A stretch of 64,000 nt of DNA, from positions 248,001 to 312,000 of the forward strand of contig NIVC01000758.1 of the NCBI GenBank assembly GCA_002269645.1, written 5' to 3'. The translations under genes were made by a program, and so were the position numbers. The DNA is from Macrostomum lignano. Lineage: Eukaryota. Below the pieces are notes generated by a model, which made no database searches, was not told the DNA's origin, and saw only the letters and a list, made by a program, of their open reading frames with translations. Shown piece by piece: positions 1 through 10,989 of this stretch. Position 1 is the stretch's first letter; each line of letters starts with the position of its first letter.

Positions 1-262
1 ATTAGATAAAAGAGACCGATAATTAGATCAAAGAGACCGAAAATTAGATAAAAGAGACCGATAAATACATTAAAAAGACCGTTTATTATATCAAAAGGCC
101 GATAATTAGATCAAAGAGATCGATAATTAGATAAAAGAGACCGATAATTAGAGCAAAGAGATCGATAATTACATCAGAGAGGCCGATAATTAGATCAAAG
201 AGACCGATAATTAGATCAAAGAGACCGATAATTACATCAGAGAGGCCGATAATTAGATCACA
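1..262. repeat. 21-bp minisatellite (GATAATTAGATCAAAGAGACC-like), cut by window start
   Basis: About 12 degenerate tandem units visible directly. ORF 86..274 is a repeat artefact. Confidence 0.9.
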
Positions 263-2568
263 GAGGACTCCCACTTACATGTTAAATGTATTAACAAACT
301 CAGTACTTATTGTATTAATCGAATTGGCTATGTCCTTATCTATTTTTAGCATGGTTATTATAAATCGTATTTTATCGCTTGCGACAGAGCTTGTGCTGTG
401 TAAATGTGTACTCTCTGTGCTGTGTACAATTCTGTGATTTTATTGAAGATATTATTTTAAAAGCAATTTTACTGATTTTCTATTTACTTATTTGCCAGAT
501 TTCCCTAATCGAATTTTTTTATATTGTTGTGCCATGACTGCGAGAAAAATCTGCTGGACAGCACAGACCAATTATTGGTTGTTATAACTATTGTACACTC
601 GCTTGTTGCTACTGCTTGCCCCTCCTGCTCAGTGAGTAGTGCAGTGCGCGCATTCACTTGACTTCTTCAATTTATGCAAAACTCTCAGCTTACCTACGCG
701 GTCTAAAGTCCCTGAGATTTGCTTTCAAAGACGCTTCTCTGACCTCTCAATTGCAGTGATGTAGCTTTTCGGGAAATTATCAGTTCGATTCGAGTAAACA
801 TTATTATCACTTTTGATATTGATATTACATTTAAATTCCTAATTCTAGAGATACCGGTATTTTTCATTGAATTCCGATATTTTCTACCCAAATTTGGTAT
901 TAAGCACCGACTTTTTATCAGTGTACAGTTGCAATGATTCTTGGCTTGGCTTGGTAGAACATGCTCTTCCAGGAGAAGCAAGAATGATGTTTGCAAAAGA
1001 TCTGAGCAGTCTTGAGTTTGAATTAATTATTTTGATGATATTATACTGAATTTTACTTTGCGATATCAAGTTTTTATTTTCATGCCTTTGGCTCGACTAT
1101 AAATCTCAGTTTGACTTGGGCGTTCTTGTTAACTATTATTCTGCTTGATACATTATTAACTCATGATGCAGGTAGCACAGGTGATGGCTCGAGACTTTGA
1201 GCCCTTGGGTGTCTGCTTGTCTGCGAAGAAAAACAACGGCATCAGGAAAACTGTAGCAATCCCCGCCTGTATTGCCCACCCATCGTATATAGACAGTGCT
1301 GCTCTCCGCTCAAAACTTATGGGGGAGTTGCTGAGATGCTAAGGGTCAACTGGGAGTTTTTGGTAGGCCTTAGATCAAAGGTAGGGTTAGGGCCATTGGC
1401 TTAAATGGAGGCTTTGATGCCAAAGCTCACAGGGGGTGCTGATGTCTGACTTAGGCTAGATAGCTAGATAGATAGCAGAGCCGCGATGCTTTTTGCTTTA
1501 AACATAATTTTCCAGACAACTGCATTTATCTCGACAACACTTGCTCCCGCGTCCGGGTGAAAATATTTGAATGTTGATGAATGTAATTGTCGAAACTCTG
1601 CAAAGAGCTAACGCAAAGTTGTTAACTGGTTATATTAGGGCGAATTTCAATTCACACACTACCATGCTTTTATGTATTATCATTGAAAACTAAAAACAAT
1701 TTTTTAATGTTGCTACATCATTCTTAACTGATTCTATCTTAATCATTGACCATGAAGTTCAACCATAGACAAAATCCATTCTGCACGCAGAATCTAAAAA
1801 GAATGCATTCACAGTGCATTTCTCTCATCTAGCCTAAGCCGGTTCGTGCAAAGTTCGGCCATAGACAATGATTTTAGCGAGACTGAGTTCAGCAGCTTTC
1901 ACGATCTCCTCAGTTTAGTCTATGGTCTGTGGGCTCTGCAGTTCCCATTCTGAGCGCCTTCCCTCGGCTTTTGTTCAGCAGCAGGCGAGCAGAGCAGCAA
2001 TAAACTCTGAGACAGAGAGAAGTTCTGTTTAACGAAGCACCAGACTGGGTAAGTTCGATTTCTGACTGATTCTGCTATGTCTAATATATGGAATCTTTGT
2101 TCGCAAAGCTATTCCAATTTGCATAGGGAACTCATAGGCACAGCATTGATAAAAGTAGAGCTAGAAGGCTTGACATACCGTTTAGATATTTTCTATTTAC
2201 AGATTTAAAGACCTCAGTCATCTTTACCGCCCGTCATTCTTTATTTTCACTTCTCCTTGTTTGAGCTGCACTTGGTTTTCAATTTGAACTCGCTCTATTT
2301 CCTTTTGCAACTGCTGCTTGTTTAGTAGTTGATTAGATAGAGCGTGCCATACTTATTAGAAATTATGGGTAGGCTGCCTGGGTTGAAACGCGATTGAAAC
2401 GCTCTACATTTGTCCGCCGTCACTGTCTATGGTTGAAGCATATTTCAATTATATTCAGTTCATCACTTATAGCCACTGTATATTTCACTGCCAACAAACA
2501 CAAGACCAAACACAACAGGAATGAAACACGAAGTAAACGAAATAATTCAGTAAATAACGCTTGGAAGC

Positions 2569-3120
2569 TCAAAATGATATGTGGCTGGAGAGTTCATCAA
2601 TAGTTACCTCAATTCGCACGTTCCTTGTCTCCAGCACGTACCGATGAATAGACGCCCTGAAGCACACCAGACTTCGGACAGTGTATGGCTTGCCTTCCTG
2701 AGTCCTCAGTGACACAAACCACAGCCGCATATAGGCACAAAGATAGCGGATCGGCATTGTTTCGATGTTGTCCGGCAGTTTCTGGTCCACCAAATATTTT
2801 TTGAAGCGCTTCACATGGAAGAGCGGTTTGATCCGTGGTCGATTTGCGTTTGGCAGCCTCTTCCTCAGAGGAAGCTGCTGTGCAGGAAGCTGCACAGCAG
2901 CTTCCTCTTCTTCCGTCAGTTCCCGCAGAAGCTCGGCATTATTCAGAATGCTTGGATTGGACAATTCTGCGTCAATCAACTCCTGCTGTCTCACGGTCAC
3001 ACCGGTCCACTGACTAACTTCTTCACCAGGATCACGATGTCCAAGTTGCTGTAGAAACTCAATCTCATTCATTTCTAAACCGCTAATATCTTCCTCTAGT
3101 ATTGATTCCCAGTGAAACAT
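2569..3120 (-). pseudogene. Crypton-type tyrosine recombinase copy YR1, N-terminal part only
   Basis: The 183-aa ORF aligns by eye with the N-terminal halves of YR2/YR3: W..I.EEDISGL...EIEFL, then LCAYMRLWFVSLRTQEGKPYTVRSLVCFRASIHRY vs LNQYLRYFYFKLKKQDGSFYSPASLICIRAGIQRF. Possible donor GAG|GTAACT at 2607. No catalytic C-terminal half found downstream. Confidence 0.75.
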
Positions 3121-3335
3121 GGCTAATTCCGAACCTTAAAGCTGTTTAAATCTTATTTTCTCTCCCACCCACCAAGAGAAGAATGCTTCAAACTCTATTT
3201 GGGTTTCAACCATAGACAGTCTCCGCGGACTGCGAAACCGCCACGAAGCATATAGCTAAAGCTTTTTCAACCATAGACAGTTTCTGTGGACGTGAAACCG
3301 CGTTGTGCGTCCGCGCTTCAGCCTACCCATAACAC

Positions 3336-3461
3336 TAATATAGACTGGCTGTTGAGGACTGAAATGAACTGAAACGCCGAGGCGCCGAACGCCGAAGCGC
3401 CGAAACGCCGAAGCGCCGAGGCTTTTCAGTTCATTTCAGTCCGAACAGCCAGTCTATATTA
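3336..3461. mobile_element. 126-bp palindromic MITE-like element
   Basis: Arms TAATATAGACTGGCTGTT(GA/C)GGACTGAAATGAACTGAAA at 3336-3374 and 3424-3461 surround a core of CGCCGA repeats. Confidence 0.7.
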
Positions 3462-3836
3462 ATATATTGTGTCTAGTTTTGTTTGGGCCACAAACGATTG
3501 CGTCGACGGAAATTGTGAACTAAGCAAATTTTTGCGCGCCTTTCAGGCATCGAAACAGGAATGCAACAGATTGCTTATCTGCGAATAGTCTATGGTCAAG
3601 CTGCCCCCCATCTTTGGATAGCTATTCCCAACGGGTTATATTTGGATATACCCATTTGCAAATGAGCAATCTGTATATTCTTGTATCAATGCGTTTGCGA
3701 GGATATTTTTTATTCAATACAACAAAGCAGAATAAACAGATTGCATAAATATACGAAAACGGTAACGTGGGCATAATGAAACGTGGACCAATTGTTCCGC
3801 AATAATCGATGAGTAGAGCGAGAATCGACAGTTCAT

Positions 3837-5928
3837 TCAGTCCTTCCGATGAATGGTAAATGTGCAGTTGGTGAACGTGCAGGTAGAAAACTGAAATCCA
3901 GCAGGACCCGACTTCACTGCACCAACAAACGTGGAACCGCTGCTTTGAACTTGCGACTGACGCTGCTCCACGAGGCGAGACTCGGGCTGAATAGGCTGAA
4001 CAGCATTCACTGGACTCTGCATGGCCTGACGCTGCTCCACGAGGCGAGACTCGGGCTGAATAGGCTGAACAGCATTCACTGGACTCTGCATGGCCTGACG
4101 CTGCTCCACGAGGCGAGACTCGGGCTGATTAGGCTGAGCAGCATTCACTGGACTCTGCATGGCCTGAGGCTGCTCCACGAGGCGAGACTCGGGCTGAATA
4201 GGCTGAACAGCATTCACTGGACTCTGCATGGCCTGACGCTGCTCCACGAGGCGAGACTCGGGCTGAATAGGCTGAGCAGCATTCACTGGACTCTGCATGG
4301 CCTGACGCTGCTCCACGAGGCGAGACTCGGGCTGAATAGGCTGAGCAGCATTCACTGGACTCTGCATGGCCTGACGCTGCTCCACGGGGCGAGACTCGGG
4401 CTGAATAGGCTGAACAGCATTCACTGGACTCTGCATGGCCTGACGCTGCTCCACGAGGCGAGACTCGGGCTGAATAGGCTGAACAGCATTCACTGGACTC
4501 TGCATGGCCTGACGCTGCTCCACGAGGCGAGACTCGGGCTGAATAGGCTGAACAGCATTCACTGGACTCTGCATGGCCTGACGCTGCTCCACGAGGCGAG
4601 ACTCGGGCTGAATAGGCTGAGCAGCATTCATCGCACACTGCACAGCCATTGACGCACGATACAAACTTGCATCTCTTTGAACCCTTAGGTGGCCACGCAC
4701 ACTCTTCTCAGACTTGTGTCCAGTCACGGCCATGATCTCGTTGACATTGTAGCCCAATGCATGTAGATCACAAACGCGTGACACCCTGAAAAAGTATGGA
4801 AATATTAAGCAATAAGTTCAGTAACAGAAGACCGCATGAATATAATATTATTAACAACATCGTGGAAAAATATCGGATCATTACCTGACACAGTGGTTAG
4901 TGTACTGCCCATGCAAGCCAGCCTTCGCACTCAAACTCTTCATAAAGTTATTCCAATAATTCTTGCCACGATTCACCAACGCTGAGAACCCCTGTCCCTT
5001 CAGTGGCTTCGGAAAGAGACTGTCATCCTTGGTTGTCGTTGGAATACGGCCCAAATACCGCTGCAGAACTGCAACATCGTACAGACGAACTTGCTTCATG
5101 TCAGAGGTGGCACCACGCTTCAGCGGAAATCGACCACGATTCTTGGATGGCAAATGAGGTAAATAGGCATATTCACGTCCCTCACTGTCATGCGCAAAGA
5201 GAATTCCATCTCTCTTCATTAGATGCTCAACATGTTCTTGACCACGTTCGCCGAAGGTGTACATGAGAGTGAAAAAAACCTCATCTTGAAGGCGTTCATC
5301 ACTTGAGTAGTTGCCGCCAGTTCCACTGAAATAGCATTTCATTTTCTCCATGTCTCTTGGCTCAATCGGATTATAGTGCTTGACGTCTCCACCAGCCTCG
5401 ACAAACTCCTTCGCCTTCATCTCCAACATTCGATTCGAACTCTTGAAGCAGTCGTCGGATTTCAGATCCACTTTTCTCTTCACAACAAATTCAAAATACC
5501 TCTGGATCCCCGCTCTGATGCACACAAGGGAAGCCGGAGAATATTTGCCTCCTTGCTTGGTCTCCAGCGTAAAGTAGAAAAATCTCAAATACTCGTTCAG
5601 CATTGTCAACTCCATGGTAACCAGATCGGCCGTGCTGCTCTTGTTTCAAACAAACCCCACAAAGCGGCCTCCATGCTCGTACGGCCGAATTGCATGGTTG
5701 GTTCCGCATGGGATCCTCGGGGCAAGCCTCTTCTTCGCTTGGCAGTGGTGGCAGAGCATCATCGTTACCACATTCAATGAATCGGATGAACTCCATCAAC
5801 TCTTCGTCATTCGCCTCGTCACATCCACCCATACTCAAGTCGCTGAGAAAGTTGACCTCATTTCCATTCAAGCCGTCAATGCTTTCAATCGGCAAATTCG
5901 ACCAATTTATCATTCGTATGAGTGGCAT
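3837..5928 (-). pseudogene. Crypton-type (DUF3504-like) tyrosine recombinase copy YR2, two exons (5928-4885, 4785-3837), disrupted
   Basis: Motifs FGERGQE, SKN, TNHCVR, TGHKSE. Phase-2 intron 4884-4786 (AG|GTAA ... TTTTCAG|G) restores NHCVR-VSRV. Frameshift near 5680-5700 and in-frame TGA at 5648-5646. The expected catalytic Tyr is His (SVRGHL). C-terminus FSTCTFTNCTF matches YR3 FHNCSFNGCKF. Confidence 0.85.
3957..4630. repeat. 69-bp coding VNTR, about 10 copies, in last exon of YR2
   Basis: Unit encodes AMQSPVNAVQPIQPESRLVEQRQ (23 aa). Spacing 3962 to 4031 is 69 bp. Confidence 0.95.
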
Positions 5929-6219
5929 GAGTAGAGGTTAGGGAAAACAGAAGAAACAGGAACATGTTATCCTCTGCCGCAGAGTTCCAGCTTATAAGAC
6001 CACAACTTCATTTAACATGTTTCGTCTATGGTAATTTCAGACTGTTCCGCTAAACTTTTCGTTCCAAACGTTTAGTCTATGGCCATCATTTGGCTTGCGC
6101 CAAGTGGAAAATGCCTATGACACAAATCCCTAGAATCGCTTAGTGAAGAATTTCCGTCTGGGAAGTTGTGTCATAGCCGTTTTGAATTGGTTTTTGGACG
6201 AAACTAGACACAATTCCAC

Positions 6220-6317
6220 TATCAAGAGGTCAAGCTTCACACACAACTGCGTTACCGCGTCTCGGCCTACCGGCCTCAACGCTATGGCAGTTGTGTGTGA
6301 AGCTTGACCTCTTGATA
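6220..6317. mobile_element. 98-bp hairpin/mini-MITE with perfect 31-bp arms
   Basis: TATCAAGAGGTCAAGCTTCACACACAACTGC (6220-6250) is the exact reverse complement of 6287-6317. TA at both outer ends. Confidence 0.75.
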
Positions 6318-6331
6318 ATCATACATTGCTA

Positions 6332-7682
6332 CGAGGTGTATCCCAAAAGTAAGTTTCGGTCAGCTGCCAACAGTGAGCAATTAGTTTTAAAAAGCGGAAA
6401 CTTTGTCAAACCACAACTTCAAGTACAATATTTGTCACTCCACAAATCGGCCGCTAAGCTCAACGCACTTTTCCCAGCGACGCACCCACGCTTCGAAGGC
6501 TGGCCTGCAGCCGGCGATCGCCAGATGTCGGAGAGCTGATGAAGCGCTGTTGTTCACCTGCTCCTCAGATCCGAAACGCTGGCCACGAAGGCTCTCTTTC
6601 ATCTTCGGGAACAGATAAAAGTCTGCCGGAGCCAAATCAGGCGAGTAGCGCGGGTGGCGGAGAATTTCCCAGTTCCACGAGCCCAGCAGCTCTTCAACCC
6701 GTCTGGCCCGATGCACCGGGGCGTTGTCGTGATGGAAGATGACGCCTCTCTCCAGAAGGCCCGGCCGTTTTTTCCTTATCGCTGGTCGCAGTTTCTCTTG
6801 AAGCACCCATCGATAGTACTCAGCATTCACTTTGGTACCCACAGGCACAGGCCAGTCCAGAATGATCCCGTCAATGTCAAAAAAATGATGTGCATCACCT
6901 TCAATGAGCCTTGCTTGCGTCGCACCTTCTCGGGACTCGCCGATCTTATCGGAAGCCACTGCGCTGACTGCCGCTTCAGCTCTGGGTCCCATTCGTAGAC
7001 CCACGTCTCGTCTCCAGTCACTATTCTACCGAGAAATTCGTCGCCTTCACGACGAACCCGACGGAGGCAGTCCCGGGACACCAGCACCCGCTCCTCCATC
7101 TGCTCGTCAGTCAGCAGGTGTGGCACCCATTTGGCGAAAAGCTTTTGTAGGCCTAAATTCTCGGTCAGAATGCGGTGCACAGTGCTGTGGGGAATGCCGA
7201 GGAGTTCCTCCAGCTCACTGCATGTCCTTCTGTTGTCTTCACTCACAGAAGCCATCACGCGATCAGCATTGGAATCCGTTGTCGCAGTCCTTGGTCGTCC
7301 AGAACGCTCTTTGTCCTCCATGCAGTCCCGTCCTTCTTGAATTTCTCGCACCCATTTCCTGACCGTTTCAATGAATGGTGCAGCTTCTCCTAGGACTCTC
7401 GCGAGTTCTTGATGAATCTCTGGTGTCGATTTTCCAGACAGCACAGAAAACTTGATGATGCTTCGAACGTCATAGCGAGAGAACGAGCTGGACGCGGCCA
7501 TTGTTGCAAAGGGTTGTGTGCTTGGGTTGCAGCCATGCAGCTCGAGAACAAGCTAGGACTTAGCGACTTGTTTAGGGTTGGGCCATAGACAAAAAAGAAA
7601 GCAACAACGTACGTGGAAGTTAGCTGAGCCTCTTGGGTGCCGAGTTACATATGAGGGAAACTTACTTTTGGGATACACCTCG
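6332..7682 (-). mobile_element. Full-length mariner (DD34D) transposon, 1351 bp, transposase split by one frameshift
   Basis: 26-bp perfect TIRs CGAGGTGTATCCCAAAAGTAAGTTTC with TA TSD. ORFs 7501-6827 and 7004-6435 carry WVPHLL, TGDETWV, HHDNAP and YSPDLAPADF, with 34 residues between the last two Asp. Frame changes at a T7 run (+ strand A7, 6879-6885). Confidence 0.97.
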
Positions 7683-8149
7683 TACTATGGTGAAATTGGT
7701 GTCATTGCTTATGAATAGTTTTATTCAAAGATTTAAGTCAGGTTCATGATTTTCAAAATCATGTCCAAAATCGAGGGTATCCGTAAACTGCATGGTGTAC
7801 TGCTCCTGAGCTGAGGTGAAGAATATAAAATTAATATATATTATTTCGTCAATTTTCACTACTTAGTGCTGAAGTTCTAATAGCATGTGCACATTTGTTA
7901 CAATTAATAAATAAGCAGATAAAGAAGTTAGCGTCAAAAGGAGCAAATCAAGCATAATTACAGTAAAGAAAAAAATTGGCCAGTGGCAGGTTGCCAATTA
8001 GCTCGTAAATGCGGCATTCTTCTCGAATCGTTCGTTAAACTAATTTTTCAATGTTTTTTTGCACTCTCTTCACCCGAGAAGCTGATTTTAGCATTGTTTG
8101 GACATCCCCCAAGCTTTTAAAACAGTAAAATTAACAACTTTTTCCGTTT

Positions 8150-9099
8150 CTAGCAATTCCTAACGATTCCTAGCAATTCCTAACGATTCCTAGCAATTCC
8201 TAACGATTCCTAGCAATTCCTAACGAATCCTAGCAATTTCTAACGATTCCTAGCAATTCCTAACGATTCCTAGCAATTCGTAACGATTCCTAGCAATTCC
8301 TAACGATTCCTAGCAATTCCTAACGAATCCTAGCAATTCCTAACGATTCCTAGCAATTCCTAACGAATCCTAGCAATTCCTAACGATTCCTAGCAATTCC
8401 TAACGATTCCTAGCATTTCCTAACGATTCCTAGCAATTCCTAACGATTCCTAGCAATTCCTAACGATTCCTAGCAATTCCTAACGATTCCTAGCAATTCC
8501 TAACGATTCCTAGCAATTCCTAACGATTCCTAGCAATTCCTAACGATTCCTAGCAATTCCTAACGATTCCTAGCAATTCCTAACGATTTCTAGCAATTCC
8601 TAACGAATCCTAGCAATTCCTAACGATTCCTAGCAATTCCTAACGATTCCTAGCAATTCCTAACGAATCCTAGCAATTCCTAACGAATCCTAGCAATTCC
8701 TAACGATTCCTAGCAATTCCTAACGATTCCTAGCAATTCCTAACGATTTCTAGCAATTCCTAACGATTCCTAGCAATTCCTAACGATTCCTAGCAATTCC
8801 TAACGAATCCTAGCAATTCCTAACGATTCCTAGCAATTCCTAACGATTCCTAGCAATTCCTAACGATTCCTAGCAATTCCTAACGATTCCTAGCAATTCC
8901 TAACGATTCCTAGCAATTCCTAACGAATCCTAGCAATTCCTAACGATTCCTAGCAATTCCTAACGATTCCTAGCAATTCCTAACGATTCCTAGCAATTCC
9001 TAACGATTCCTAGCAATTCCTAACGATTCCTAGCAATTCCTAACGATTTCTAGCAATTCCTAACGAATCCTAGCAATTCCTAACGATTCCTAGCAATTC
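8150..9099. repeat. 20-bp satellite CTAGCAATTCCTAACGATTC, about 47 copies
   Basis: Highly homogeneous tandem array. The unit is a dimer of related 10-mers (TCCTAGCAAT / TCCTAACGAT). Confidence 0.97.
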
Positions 9100-9554
9100 G
9101 AAGTTTCGAAGTGTTTTATTGCAAATTGGTGCGCAAACGCGAGAAACAATGAAACAATTAATTAATTAAGTCGTCAACAATTAAGCCGTCTGTTATGATG
9201 CGTGACCCTGGTAGGACATAACGCGTGACGATAGGGAGCATGGTGGCAGCCGTGCAGTCCGGAACAACCATCATGCACTTTGTTGAACCACACTCCGCCA
9301 TGCCGAGTGATATGACGTGACTATAATATTGATATTATTTTAATTGCATATGCAGTTTGACGCGTTTTGTTTTATCATGGACTAAATGAAGCTGCAAAAC
9401 AGGCTTGGGTTAAAAGCCCGCTGTGAGAATGTGAAATAAAGAGAAATAAGAGCAAGACTAAGAACCTTGGAGCCGCGGAAACGTCTGCTAGGATATCAGC
9501 ACTAATTATTAATGCCTTAAGTATATTGAAGACTTTAAGTAACCTGAAAATATA

Positions 9555-9800
9555 ACACCGAGCACCCACTGACCAGAAGGCACCCTGATGGAACTTACGG
9601 TGCATGAAGTTGGACTCGTCGATCTCCACATCAACACCAGGGCCACCAAGCTGGACTGGGTGGTCCTCCAGCACCTGGGCACACACGTCGCGAATAGAGT
9701 TTTGCCAGTCTACCATAGCCTGGTGGCCGACACCTGTCTGGATGCAGCACTCAGACTGTTTCGCTTGCAGTGCCCACCAATACACGAGATGTACAATCGC
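9555..9800 (-). mobile_element. Merlin (ISXO2/IS1016-like) transposase fragment
   Basis: ORF 9375..9785 contains MVDWQNSIRDVC...LGGPGVDVEIDESNFMHRKFHQG, matching the Merlin VDW..F.RE.C/GGPG..VEIDES/RKYHRG motifs. Confidence 0.8.
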
Positions 9801-9809
9801 GTATGCTTA

Positions 9810-10094
9810 TCAGCCTATCATTAGACGTTCCTTATACACGGCAATCGCGTGGGCCATGGTGCGGGAGAGAACTTGCGCTGCTAGCTGCACACTTATTTTC
9901 TTCCCGACTGTTCCTTCCTTGAGAATCTCACCAGGACAAAAAAGCGTTTTCGACTCTTCAAGCTTAAAGCATCTCTTCCTTACCGCATCAGGTGCCGATT
10001 CGAGTCCAGTTAGCTGAATAAATTCATCATTAACCAGTTTCCAGGCCATGCAGAGAGTCGCAATTTTTTCTGTCGATGGCTTGGCGTGGAGCAC
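9810..10094 (-). mobile_element. P-element-like transposase fragment
   Basis: KKISVQLAAQVLSRTMAHAI resembles the conserved KM(S/K)V.LAAQ(V/L)(F/L)S.SVA.A motif of P/THAP9 transposases. Confidence 0.55.
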
Positions 10095-10925
10095 TTATTG
10101 GAGGTGCAGCATCGTCAGCCGTCAGACTCCTGTTGGCTGGAAAAATTGGCGAACGTTTCTCTTAATGACCGTTTCGGCTCTTTATCATTCACCTCTGCGC
10201 CATTTCGCTTTTGTGGTCGCCACGATTTTAGTAGCTGACTAGGCGGTATCCCCTCCCTCCGGGTGTCCCGTTTTTCCATCTCCCATCCAGTGGAATACCT
10301 CGCGGAGTACTGTATAGTTACAGTAAATTGGAAGCAAAAAGCCTTAACCAAAAGGTGCCTCTACAATCGACTGTGCCAATGGCTGTAACTCTGGCCGCTT
10401 GCTGCAGGCCAGGTGTAATGAGTGAAAAATAATATATAAGAAATTTTGTATGAACGCTGATTTTATGATATGGTGTTTTGTATTAGTACGGGAAAGAACG
10501 ATGGAGGCGAAATGCTATTTATAGCATTTTTATAGCGTTTATTAATATATACGTTGATATGGCCGTCGTTGGATTTGTGAGTGGTGGAAGGGGCGATAGA
10601 ATACTATGAGTTTTTAGTATATAGATAATGATCACATGTAGGTTACTGCAAAAGATTGTACTGATTACTTAATTGTCTGTGTTGTATGTACGAGCGCTAT
10701 GTTGTATGTATTGTGTATATGTCTGTATGTAGATAATATATTTTAGTAATAGGCGGCTACTCTTTTAAAGATTAAGAAACTCAATGGTCAGAGACCAAAC
10801 CATAGTCCCAGGTAAGGTACACCGTTTGAGGAAAGTCAGGAAAATGAAAGCAAAGGCGAACATTCGCATTTTATCTTTGATAATACGAAATTACGGAATT
10901 ATAATTTATTAGTCAATTTACGCGC

Positions 10926-10957
10926 GACATGTTTCGCCGAACACTCGGCATCTTCAG
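10926..10957 (-). ncRNA. Minimal type I hammerhead ribozyme core, Penelope-type
   Basis: Minus strand CUGAAGA-U-GCCGA(gugu)UCGGC-GAAA-CAUGU-C: 5-bp helix II, palindromic helix III ACAUGU, GUC cleavage triplet, AATAAA about 15 nt downstream. Helix I is weak. Confidence 0.6.
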
Positions 10958-10989
10958 GCAAGGCAATAACCCCCGAAATCAATATGCCA

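Noticed and set aside
1960-2055. Possible non-coding first exon ending in G|GTAAGT at 2049, downstream of three octamer copies
   Set aside because: No downstream coding exon could be linked to it. It is only circumstantial support for the promoter model.
8150-9099. Regular short repeats as a CRISPR array
   Set aside because: Units are contiguous with no unique spacers, the context is eukaryotic, and there are no cas genes. The same applies to the other tandem arrays.
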